Origin: an uncultured Candidatus Saccharibacteria bacterium
GTDB taxonomy: Bacteria; Patescibacteriota; UBA1384; JACPKC01
Reading direction: 5' to 3'
Length of the DNA stretch: 64,000 nt
NCBI GenBank assembly: GCA_964423885.1
Contig: CAYRGD010000003.1
Coordinates: forward strand, 73,270-137,269
Below are positions 20,471 to 28,258 of the stretch, in pieces. The translations under genes were made by a program, and so were the position numbers. Each line of letters begins with the position of its first letter. The first letter of the stretch is position 1. The notes under the pieces are model-generated. The model had not been told where the DNA came from. It searched no databases and saw only the letters and a program-made list of their open reading frames with translations.

Positions 20471-21327
20471 GCCGAGCGCACCGCTGCAAGCTCGGCGGCC
20501 AACACGACGTTGGCGAGCAGCGAAATGACGGTCATCGGCCCGACGCCGCCCACGACCGGCGTTGCGAGCGCCGCGGTGTCCTTCGCGGCCTCGGTAATGT
20601 CGCCCTGCAGGACGCCATCTTGTTCGGACAACCCGACGTCGATCAGGACCGCACCCGGATCAACCATGGCGTCGGTGATGAGCCCTGCCCGGCCGACAGC
20701 GCTCACGACGATCGCGGCACCTCGTGTGACGGCAGCCAAATCAGCTGTCTTCGAGTCGGCCGGGACCACGTCGGCGCCGCGCGAGCGGAGCATGGCTGCG
20801 AGCGGCCGGCCGACGAGTCGGCCCTGACCGACGACAGCGATCCGCGTGTCGGCGATCGGCAACTTGTAGGCGGCAAGCAAGCGCAGGATGCCTTGCGGTG
20901 TCGCTGGCACGAATAGTTCGCGGCCAGCCTCAAGCGCGGCCTGGCTGACGCTCGTCAGGCCGTCGACGTCCTTGGCAGGCACGATCCGGTCGATGAGCTC
21001 CTGTTCGTCGATGCCAGGCACCGGAATAGGTAGCTGGAGGATGATTCCGTGGATTGCCGAGTCGCCGTTCAGCCGTTCGATCGCACTGCTAAGCATGTGT
21101 TCGACGCTGCTTGCATTGCCTGCGTCTAGCCGCACGGCCGTGACCGCGATCCCAAGCTCGGCGGCCTTCCGTTCCTTGGCGGCGACGTAGCGCCGTGTCC
21201 GCGGCTCGTCGCCCACCACAAGAATAGCCAGCCTCGGTGTCACGCCTGTTGCCGCAAGGGCGCGGACGCGCGCTGCCAAGTCCTGGGCGACGCCTGCTGC
21301 GATCTGGGTTCCGTCGATCCGTTGCAT
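20467..21327 (-). CDS. folD: Bifunctional methylenetetrahydrofolate dehydrogenase/cyclohydrolase
   Basis: Start at the internal Met MQRIDGTQIA. An Arg/Pro-rich N-terminal extension in the ORF track was rejected. FolD fold throughout. Confidence 0.9.
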   Translation of the reverse strand: MQRIDGTQIAAGVAQDLAARVRALAATGVTPRLAILVVGDEPRTRRYVAAKERKAAELGIAVTAVRLDAGNASSVEHMLSSAIERLNGDSAIHGIILQLPIPVPGIDEQELIDRIVPAKDVDGLTSVSQAALEAGRELFVPATPQGILRLLAAYKLPIADTRIAVVGQGRLVGRPLAAMLRSRGADVVPADSKTADLAAVTRGAAIVVSAVGRAGLITDAMVDPGAVLIDVGLSEQDGVLQGDITEAAKDTAALATPVVGGVGPMTVISLLANVVLAAELAAVRSA

Positions 21328-21382
21328 CGGCCTCGTTTCTGGCCGGAGCATACGGGACGCGCGCGGGAAGGGCAACCGCAGC

Positions 21383-22660
21383 TTAGTCGGCCGTAGGCGG
21401 CGGAAAGGCGCGGGCCAGGGCGGCAACCTGGGTCTTGATCGCGGCAAGCGCCGAGGCGTCGTCGCGCTGCTTGACCGCATCAAGCATGAAGGCGACGAGC
21501 GTATCAACCTGCGCTTCTTTGAATCCCCGCGTCGTGATCGCGGGTGTACCCAAGCGGAGTCCGCTCGGCTTGAAGGGCGGGCTCGGATCGTCCGGGATCG
21601 TGCTCTTGCTGGTGCTCACCCCGATCGTGTCGAAGATCCGCTCGGCCTCCCGCCCGTCGATCCCCCAGGATTTGAGACAGTCGATTACCATGAGGTGGTT
21701 GTCGGTGCCGCCAGTGACCAAGTTCGCGCCGCTGGCCAGGAATTGCTGGGCCATGCGCTTCGCATTCGCAAGTGTCTGCGCGGCGTAGGTTTTGTACTCG
21801 TCGGTCTGCGCCTCGCCTAAAGCGACGGCGATGCCCGCGACGGCGTTCATGTGCGGCCCGCCCTGGAAGCCAGGGAAGACGGCGCGGTCGATGAGGGTTG
21901 GTAGGTTTTCGATCGTTTTCTCTGGTGCCTTAAGCGGGTTGCCGACGGTGCCCTTTGACAGGATAAGGCCACCGCGCGGGCCGCGGAGCGTCTTGTGCGT
22001 AGTGGTCGTCATGACGTGGAAGCCGTGGTCGAGCGGGTTGTCGAACAAGCCGGCGGCGATGAAACCGGCGATGTGGGCCATGTCGGCCATCGCCACCGCG
22101 CCTACGTCCTTGGCGATGGCAGCGATCCGGGCGTAATCGATCGTCCGCGGGTAAGCGGAAAAGCCCGCTAGGATGATCTTGGGCTGTTCTTTGTTGGCAA
22201 CCGCCTCGAGCTCGTCGTAATCGATCTCGCCCGTCGCCACGTCCTTCATCCCGTACCGCACGAAGCGATAGAGCTTGCTCATGTACGTAACCGGCGCCCC
22301 GTGCGTCAGGTGGCCGCCATGGCTCAAATCCATGCCCAGGACCGTATCGCCAGGCTCGAGCCAGGCGAAGTAGACGGCGACGTTGGCCGGTGCGCCCGAC
22401 AAGGGCTGGACGTTGGCGTGGTCGGCGCGGAAGAGCGTTTTGGCGCGGTCGATCGTGAGCTGCTCGAGCTGGTCGGTGTAGGTCTGGCCGCCGTAGTAGC
22501 GTTTGCCGGGATAGCCCTCGGCGTACTTGTTCGTAAAGACGCTGCCGAGCGCATCAAGTACGCCTTGGCTCACGTAGTTTTCGCTCGCGATGAGGCATAA
22601 CTCGTCGCGTTGCCGAACGGCTTCGAGCGCGATCAGATCGGGGACCGACGGTTCGGACAT
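21383..22660 (-). CDS. glyA: Serine hydroxymethyltransferase
   Basis: Canonical SHMT sequence, including the PLP-lysine motif region TTTTHKTLRGPRGG. AAGGAG SD upstream. Confidence 0.95.
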   Translation of the reverse strand: MSEPSVPDLIALEAVRQRDELCLIASENYVSQGVLDALGSVFTNKYAEGYPGKRYYGGQTYTDQLEQLTIDRAKTLFRADHANVQPLSGAPANVAVYFAWLEPGDTVLGMDLSHGGHLTHGAPVTYMSKLYRFVRYGMKDVATGEIDYDELEAVANKEQPKIILAGFSAYPRTIDYARIAAIAKDVGAVAMADMAHIAGFIAAGLFDNPLDHGFHVMTTTTHKTLRGPRGGLILSKGTVGNPLKAPEKTIENLPTLIDRAVFPGFQGGPHMNAVAGIAVALGEAQTDEYKTYAAQTLANAKRMAQQFLASGANLVTGGTDNHLMVIDCLKSWGIDGREAERIFDTIGVSTSKSTIPDDPSPPFKPSGLRLGTPAITTRGFKEAQVDTLVAFMLDAVKQRDDASALAAIKTQVAALARAFPPPTAD

Positions 22661-22675
22661 GGTACTCCTTGCGTA

Positions 22676-24022
22676 TTACGCGGTTGGCGTGAGCGCTGCG
22701 GCGGCGACCGCTGCCCGCCCGACCGACAGGTACGTGAAACCGAGTTCGCGCATCCGAGCAGGATCGTACAAGTTGCGGCCGTCGACGACCCGAGGTACGG
22801 CCAAGACGTCTTTCAGACGCCCAAGATCGGCCGAGCGGAACTCCTCCCATTCGGTCAGGATGACCAGCAGGTCTGCGCCGCTGGCTGCTGCGTAGGCGTC
22901 GGCGGCAAATTCGATGTCCGGCAACTTTGGCTTGGCCTGACTGGCTGCGATCGGGTCATACGCGCGGACCTTCGCGCCGCGCCGGACAAGGTCGGGAATG
23001 ATATCGAGCGCCGGCGCCTCGCGGACGTCGTCGGTGTTCGCCTTGAAGGCTAGTCCCCAAACAGCGACTGTCGCACCGTTGAGCGACGGGACGAGCGCCG
23101 AGGCCTGTTCGACCAGCCGGCGCCGTTGGCTGAAGTTGACTGCCTCGACGGCGTCGAGCAGGCCGGATCCGACACCGGCCCCACGGGCCATGCTGATGAG
23201 CGCGCGGACGTCTTTGGGGAAGCACGAACCGCCGTAGCCGACACCGGCGTGCAGGCTTGCCCGCCGCCCGATGCGGCTGTCCAGGCGCATGCCCTCGCTC
23301 ACTTTCGTGACATCGGCGCCGACCGATTCCGCCAGTTCGGCGATCGAATTGATAAAGCTGATTTGCGTGGCAAGGTAGGCGTTGGCGGCGTACTTCGTGA
23401 GCTCGGCGGTCCGGCGGTCGCTGGCGACGACGGGAGCGTTGAGCGGGGCGTAGATGCCGGCCAGGAGCTCGAGGGCTGTGACGTCGTCCGTGCCAAGCAC
23501 GATTCGGTCGGGACGGAGGAAATCATCGACGGCGGAGCCCTCGCGCAGGAATTCGGGATTGTTCACGACCCGCACCGCGTTGCCAGCGGTGCGGCGCAGG
23601 ATCGCCTCGACGCGGTCCCCGGTGCCGACGGGCACCGTGCTCTTGATCGCGACGACCGGCGGCGGCTGCCGGCCCGAGCGTTCGAGCGCCTCGCCGACCG
23701 ACTGAGCGGCCTGGTCGATATAGCGGAGGTCGGCGCTGCCGTCGGGCAGGCTCGGGGTGCCGACCGCAATGAACACTGCCGCTGCCTCGCGGATCCCGTC
23801 GGCGATGTCGGTCGTGAACCGCAGGCTGCCCTTGTCGCGGTTTATGCGCAGGAGTTCGGCGAGACCTGGTTCATGGATCGGACTGGCGCCCCGGTTGAGA
23901 CTTTCCACCTTCGCCGCGTCGATGTCGATGCCGACGACACGGTGGCCGAGCTCGGCCAGACAGGCGGCCTGCACGAGCCCGACGTAGCCGGTTCCTAGGA
24001 CAGCGATCGGATACGGTGTCAT
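22676..24022 (-). CDS. ugd: UDP-glucose 6-dehydrogenase
   Basis: Start at MTPYPIAVLGTGYVGL. Full UDPG_MGDP_dh N/central/C-terminal domains. Confidence 0.85.
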   Translation of the reverse strand: MTPYPIAVLGTGYVGLVQAACLAELGHRVVGIDIDAAKVESLNRGASPIHEPGLAELLRINRDKGSLRFTTDIADGIREAAAVFIAVGTPSLPDGSADLRYIDQAAQSVGEALERSGRQPPPVVAIKSTVPVGTGDRVEAILRRTAGNAVRVVNNPEFLREGSAVDDFLRPDRIVLGTDDVTALELLAGIYAPLNAPVVASDRRTAELTKYAANAYLATQISFINSIAELAESVGADVTKVSEGMRLDSRIGRRASLHAGVGYGGSCFPKDVRALISMARGAGVGSGLLDAVEAVNFSQRRRLVEQASALVPSLNGATVAVWGLAFKANTDDVREAPALDIIPDLVRRGAKVRAYDPIAASQAKPKLPDIEFAADAYAAASGADLLVILTEWEEFRSADLGRLKDVLAVPRVVDGRNLYDPARMRELGFTYLSVGRAAVAAAALTPTA

Positions 24023-24076
24023 CGTACGGCCTATGCTAGCTGCGCCGCACCTTCCGGACAACCCGGCCGCGACGCG

Positions 24077-24655
24077 TCAAAAGCGGATGAAGCGCAGAAA
24101 GCGGTCGGCCAGCTCCTCGCCGCGGGTCGTGCGTTCGGGCAGGTGTTGGGCGAGCCGGGCTCGCACCTCGGCCGGCTCGACATTAGCCAGATGGACCGTG
24201 CGGATCGGCAGCAACCGATTGGTGGTTTCCAGGTATAAGTGACCGCCGCGCGGCTCATCGATGAGCCAGAAGGACTTGAGCTGCGACCACGCATAGACGG
24301 TCGCGCCCGCCGTGAAGCCGGTTGCGTCCACGGTGTAGCGGATATCGTCGGGCCGCTTGCGCGCCTGCTGGATAAAGACGGCGGTACCCACCACCGCCAC
24401 CGCGAGCGCCGAGTAATCTTTGAGCCACAGGAACACGCCGGCGAACGCGAGCCCTACCACAGTCGCCCCGGCAATCCACAGCCATGACTTTTCGTAGTAC
24501 GCGAATGCGGGCGCTTCCCAGGCGATCCGCGAGGTGTCCGCCGCCCCGGCCGAGAGTTCGTCGACCGCTGCCGCCGGTTTCGTGCGTTTCGTCGATGCCA
24601 TGATGCATCCAGTATACCAGCTCGCCTCGACAGCGGTTGTCCGCCGCAGGTACAC
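24077..24655 (-). CDS. Membrane protein with two TM helices followed by a bacterial PH-like (YdbS/DUF304-like) domain
   Basis: Architecture only: two TM helices, then a ~100-aa soluble domain. Low sequence certainty. Confidence 0.4.
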   Translation of the reverse strand: MYLRRTTAVEASWYTGCIMASTKRTKPAAAVDELSAGAADTSRIAWEAPAFAYYEKSWLWIAGATVVGLAFAGVFLWLKDYSALAVAVVGTAVFIQQARKRPDDIRYTVDATGFTAGATVYAWSQLKSFWLIDEPRGGHLYLETTNRLLPIRTVHLANVEPAEVRARLAQHLPERTTRGEELADRFLRFIRF

Positions 24656-24666
24656 TCCTGCGTGAG

Positions 24667-24756
24667 GGAGAGGTGGCCGAGCGGTTGAAGGCGGCGGTCT
24701 TGAAAACCGTTAGGCGCGTAAGCGTCTCGTGGGTTCGAATCCCACCCTCTCCGCCA
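24667..24756 (+). tRNA. tRNA-Ser (anticodon TGA)
   Basis: Cloverleaf read by eye: acceptor GGAGAGG/CCTCTCC, anticodon loop CTTGAAA, long variable arm, T-loop GGTTCGAATCC, encoded CCA. Confidence 0.85.
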
Positions 24757-24828
24757 ATCGTACGTCTGCTACAATCCGGCCAGTATCGGAGGGTTGCGGC
24801 GCGTACAGGCGCGCGCGGAAGGATTCGC

Positions 24829-25128
24829 ATGAAAGGGTTTGTAGAATTTATCCGGGAGCAGGGCGTGGTCGGTTTGGCGGTCGGTTTTATCCTCGGCGGT
24901 TCCGTGGCGAAGGTCGTCACGGCGCTGGTCGACGACATCGTCAATCCGATCCTCGGGATCCTGCTCGGCTCGGCCGGCGGCCTGCGGGCGGCGTCGGTCC
25001 AGATGGGCTCGGCGACGCTCAAGTACGGCGACCTGTTGAGCGTGCTCATCGACTTTTTGGTGGTGGCGTCGGTGGTCTACTTCGGCGTGAAGGGCCTGGG
25101 CCTCGACCGGCTCGACCGGAAGAAGTAA
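24829..25128 (+). CDS. mscL: Large-conductance mechanosensitive channel
   Basis: MKGFVEFIREQGVVGLAVGFILG… matches the MscL N-terminus and TM1. 99 aa. Confidence 0.9.
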   Translation: MKGFVEFIREQGVVGLAVGFILGGSVAKVVTALVDDIVNPILGILLGSAGGLRAASVQMGSATLKYGDLLSVLIDFLVVASVVYFGVKGLGLDRLDRKK

Positions 25129-25201
25129 GCCGCTTCCCTCTGTCTGCTCCGCGCAAGATATGGTTAGATAGCCCAAAGTAGCCACAAAACGCGAGGTACC
25201 T

Positions 25202-25450
25202 ATGGCAGGAAACGCACTGCAGAAACCGGTAAACGTCAGCGAGACATTAGCAGCAGTCGTCGGCGCAGGGCCGATGCCGCGCTCCGAGGTGACCAAGAAG
25301 ATCTGGGAATACATCAAGGCGCACAACCTGCAGGATCCGACCAACAAGCGCAACATCAATGCCGACGATGCGTTAAAGGCCGTGTTCGACGGCAAGGCTG
25401 TCGTCAACATGTTCGAAATGACCAAGTTGGTCTCGGCGCACCTCTCCTAA
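25202..25450 (+). CDS. SWIB/MDM2 domain protein
   Basis: 82 aa. Carries the …LWEYIKAHNLQDPTNKRNINADDALKAVF… signature of bacterial SWIB domains. Confidence 0.8.
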   Translation: MAGNALQKPVNVSETLAAVVGAGPMPRSEVTKKIWEYIKAHNLQDPTNKRNINADDALKAVFDGKAVVNMFEMTKLVSAHLS

Positions 25451-25459
25451 GAGGGGCCT

Positions 25460-25549
25460 GGAAGGGTCGCATAGTGGCCGAGTGCGCGCGCTTGGAAAGC
25501 GCGTAGGCCCGCAAGGGTCTCGAGGGTTCGAATCCCTCCCCTTCCGCCA
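25460..25549 (+). tRNA. tRNA-Ser (anticodon GGA)
   Basis: Acceptor GGAAGGG/CCCTTCC. Anticodon stem CGCGC/GCGCG with loop TTGGAAA. Long variable arm. T-loop GGTTCGAATCC. CCA encoded. Confidence 0.85.
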
Positions 25550-25565
25550 GAAATCCACACGAGCC

Positions 25566-25931
25566 ATGACACAGGCTGCATTCACGACGATCGACACATA
25601 CATCGCAGCCGCCCAACCCGCAGCGCAGCCGGTCTTGGAGCGAATCCGGACGATCGTCCGCCGCCTGGCGCCGACGGCGGCCGAAGCGATCAGCTACGGG
25701 ATGCCGACGTTCAAGCTCGACGGCAAAAACCTTGTTCACTTCGCGGCGTTCACGCACCATATCGGCCTCTACCCGACCCCGTCGGGGACAGCGGCGTTCG
25801 CGAGCCGGTTGGCCCCGTACAAATTCGCCAAGGGCTCGATCCGGTTCCAGATCGACGAACCGATCCCGTACGACCTCATTGAGGATATCGTCATCTTCCG
25901 GATCAGGGAGTGCCAGGGTGCGGAGGCGTGA
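25566..25931 (+). CDS. DUF1801 (YdhG-like) domain protein
   Basis: Internal Met start located just after the tRNA. Has the …ISYGMPTFKLDGKNLVHFAAF… pattern of DUF1801. Confidence 0.7.
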   Translation: MTQAAFTTIDTYIAAAQPAAQPVLERIRTIVRRLAPTAAEAISYGMPTFKLDGKNLVHFAAFTHHIGLYPTPSGTAAFASRLAPYKFAKGSIRFQIDEPIPYDLIEDIVIFRIRECQGAEA

Positions 25932-26239
25932 TGGACTACGGTGAGTTCAAGGCCGGTGTCTACCGCCATTTCAAGGGGCCGATGTATATGGTACTCGGCC
26001 TCGGCAAGGACGCGAACGACGACAACCGCAAGGTCGTGATCTATATCGGTTTGGAACTCGACGAGCAGAAAACCGGTCCGCGCATCTCGGTCCGTACCTA
26101 CGAGAACTTCTACTGCTACGTCGATCCGACCACGAAAGCGACCGTTGGCAAGCACGATCCCGGCGCCGTGCCGCGGTTCGCCTACGTCGGTCCGACCTGG
26201 GAAGGCATCCGTGATCCGGCAGACCAGCCAGGCGCGTAA
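25931..26239 (+). CDS. DUF1653 domain protein
   Basis: GVYRHFKGPMYMVLG…VVIYIGL pattern. ATG overlaps the upstream stop (TGATG). Confidence 0.65.
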   Translation: MDYGEFKAGVYRHFKGPMYMVLGLGKDANDDNRKVVIYIGLELDEQKTGPRISVRTYENFYCYVDPTTKATVGKHDPGAVPRFAYVGPTWEGIRDPADQPGA

Positions 26240-26504
26240 GCGGCTGCTCGTCATTCCGGGCGTCGGTACATCGATCGCGCAGGATCTGCACGATATCGGC
26301 ATCGAATCCGTCGATGATCTCAAAGGCAAAGATCCTCAAGCGCTCTACGACGAATCCAACGCGTTCGCCGGAGCCGTTCAGGACCGTTGCTTGCTGTACG
26401 TCTTTCGCTGCGCTGTCTATTACGCCGAGGGCGGTCGGGATTCCGAGAAGCTCAAGTGGTGGAACTGGAAAGACGCCGGCGGAACAGCTACCCTTGCGCC
26501 ATGA
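26211..26504 (+). CDS. Helix-hairpin-helix DNA-binding protein (Cdd1/'pathogenicity locus' PF11731-like)
   Basis: LLVIPGVGTSIAQDLHDIGIESVDDLKGKDPQALYDE motif. A putative GTG start overlaps the upstream gene. The start is uncertain. Confidence 0.5.
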   Translation: MIRQTSQARKRLLVIPGVGTSIAQDLHDIGIESVDDLKGKDPQALYDESNAFAGAVQDRCLLYVFRCAVYYAEGGRDSEKLKWWNWKDAGGTATLAP

Positions 26505-27037
26505 CACAACCACAACTGGCAACCTTCGGTGCAGGGTGTTTTTGGGGGACGGAAGCGGCGGCCAAAAAGCTGCCGGGCATCCTCAAAACCGAGGCCGGCT
26601 ACATGGGCGGCTCGACCGAGGCCCCGAGCTACGAGGACGTGCTCACCGACACGACCGGCCATGTCGAGGTGGTGCAGGTGACGTTCGATCCGGCAGCCGT
26701 CAGCTACCGCCAGCTGCTCGAGCTGTTCTGGCTCATCCACAACCCGACGCAAGGCAACCGGCAGGGCAACGATGTCGGGACGCAGTACCGGTCGGTGATC
26801 TTTTACCATTCCGACGAGCAGTGCCGCGACGCCGAGGCGTCCAAGGCCGAGTTGTCGGCATCCGGCTTGTACGCGGAGCCGATCACGACGGCGATCGAAC
26901 CGGCCGGCACTTTTTGGAAGGCCGAGGACTACCACCAGCAGTACCTCGCGAAAAATCCTGGCGGCTACTGCCACGTCAATATGGGCAAGGTGAACGAGTT
27001 CGTCGCCAAGGAGTTCGGCGGTGCGCATGGCGCATAG
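26501..27037 (+). CDS. msrA: Peptide-methionine (S)-S-oxide reductase
   Basis: ATFGAGCFWGTE active-site motif at the N-terminus. ATGA overlap with the upstream gene. Confidence 0.9.
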   Translation: MTQPQLATFGAGCFWGTEAAAKKLPGILKTEAGYMGGSTEAPSYEDVLTDTTGHVEVVQVTFDPAAVSYRQLLELFWLIHNPTQGNRQGNDVGTQYRSVIFYHSDEQCRDAEASKAELSASGLYAEPITTAIEPAGTFWKAEDYHQQYLAKNPGGYCHVNMGKVNEFVAKEFGGAHGA

Positions 27038-27521
27038 CGACGCGGCTACGGTCGACGACTACCTGGCCGAGTTATCCGACGAGCAGCGCGACACCGTCGC
27101 GGCGGTGCGCGGAGCGATCCTGCGGCACCTGCCCAAGGGATACGAGGAAGGCATGCGCTGGGGCATGATCGCGTACACGGTCCCGCTTGCCCGGTATCCG
27201 GATACGTACAACGGCCAGCCGCTCGAGCTGGCCGGTCTGGCCGTACAGCGGCACGGGTACAGCCTGTACCTTATGAGCGTGTACAGCCACGAACCGACGA
27301 AGCGCTGGTTTGAGCAGGAGTGGACGAAGACCGGCAAGCCGCTCCGGATGGGTAAGTCGTGCGTGCGGTTCAAGCGACTCGACGACATACCGCTCGAGCT
27401 TATCGGCCAGTTGATCGCGCGGGTACCGGTCGACGACTACCTTGCGTACTACGAGCAGACGCTGGATGCCCGCAGCAAACGCACGAAAGGCAGCGGCGTA
27501 CGCGGAAAGGACATAGCATGA
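27021..27521 (+). CDS. DUF1801 (YdhG-like) domain protein, second copy
   Basis: …MRWGMIAYTVP… pattern. 166 aa. Confidence 0.65.
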   Translation: MRMAHSDAATVDDYLAELSDEQRDTVAAVRGAILRHLPKGYEEGMRWGMIAYTVPLARYPDTYNGQPLELAGLAVQRHGYSLYLMSVYSHEPTKRWFEQEWTKTGKPLRMGKSCVRFKRLDDIPLELIGQLIARVPVDDYLAYYEQTLDARSKRTKGSGVRGKDIA

Positions 27522-27847
27522 TCACGTACGACGACTTCGCGAAACTCGACATCCGGATCGGTACCGTGGTAGGTGCCGAGCGGATCGAGGGTGCGGATAC
27601 GTTGCTGAAGCTCATGGTTGATCTGGGCGAGGAAGCGCCCCGGCAGATCGTGGCCGGTATCGCGCCGATCATTTCCGAACCGGGCGAGCTTATCGGGAAA
27701 CAGATGCCGATCCTTACGAATCTCGAACCACGGACGATCCGAGGTGTTGAGAGCCAAGGGATGATCCTGGCGGCCGGCGATGCGAACGATCTGCCGGTCC
27801 TCCTGCATCCCGCCCGTGAATTGCCAGCCGGCAGCGAAGTCCGATAA
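27518..27847 (+). CDS. tRNA-binding domain protein (CsaA/Trbp111/EMAP-like OB fold)
   Basis: LDIRIGTVVGAERIEGADTLLKLMVDLGEEAPRQIVAGI…GVESQGMILAA motif. ATGA overlap with the upstream gene. Confidence 0.8.
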   Translation: MITYDDFAKLDIRIGTVVGAERIEGADTLLKLMVDLGEEAPRQIVAGIAPIISEPGELIGKQMPILTNLEPRTIRGVESQGMILAAGDANDLPVLLHPARELPAGSEVR

Positions 27848-27862
27848 TCCAAAGGAGCCTCT

Positions 27863-28258
27863 ATGGATGAAGCCGAAAAGAAAAAGCTGACCGAGAAGCT
27901 GACGCCCGAGGAGTACGAGATTACCCAGAGCGCCGGCACCGAAGCGCCGTTCACAGGAAAGTACTACTCGCATCACGAACGTGGTATGTATGCCTGCAAG
28001 GTGTGCGGACACGAGTTGTTCGGATCCGACACGAAGTTCGATTCCGGCACCGGCTGGCCGAGTTTCACCGAGCCTGCGAACTTAGCGAACATCGAATTGG
28101 TTCCGGACGATACCCACGGGATGCACCGAACCGAGGTGCGGTGCAAGCACTGCGGCGCGCATCTGGGCCACGTGTTCGACGACGGTCCGCGCGACCGCGG
28201 CGGCAAACGCTACTGCATCAATTCCTGCTCGCTCGATTTCAAACAGGCTGACGCCTAG
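27863..28258 (+). CDS. msrB: Peptide-methionine (R)-S-oxide reductase
   Basis: CxxC…CxxC zinc site and the catalytic RCKHCGAHLGHVFDDGP motif. Confidence 0.9.
   Translation: MDEAEKKKLTEKLTPEEYEITQSAGTEAPFTGKYYSHHERGMYACKVCGHELFGSDTKFDSGTGWPSFTEPANLANIELVPDDTHGMHRTEVRCKHCGAHLGHVFDDGPRDRGGKRYCINSCSLDFKQADA

Noticed and set aside
20467-21507. N-terminal extensions of the ORF-track ORFs for folD (346 aa), ugd (461 aa), dnaG (807 aa), rlmD (545 aa), the deacetylase (392 aa), MscL, MsrA, the DUF1801 proteins and others
   Set aside because: The extensions are Arg/Pro/Ser-rich low-complexity sequence lying upstream of conserved N-terminal motifs that begin at internal Met codons, often with ATGA overlaps or SD sequences. 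The starts were trimmed accordingly.
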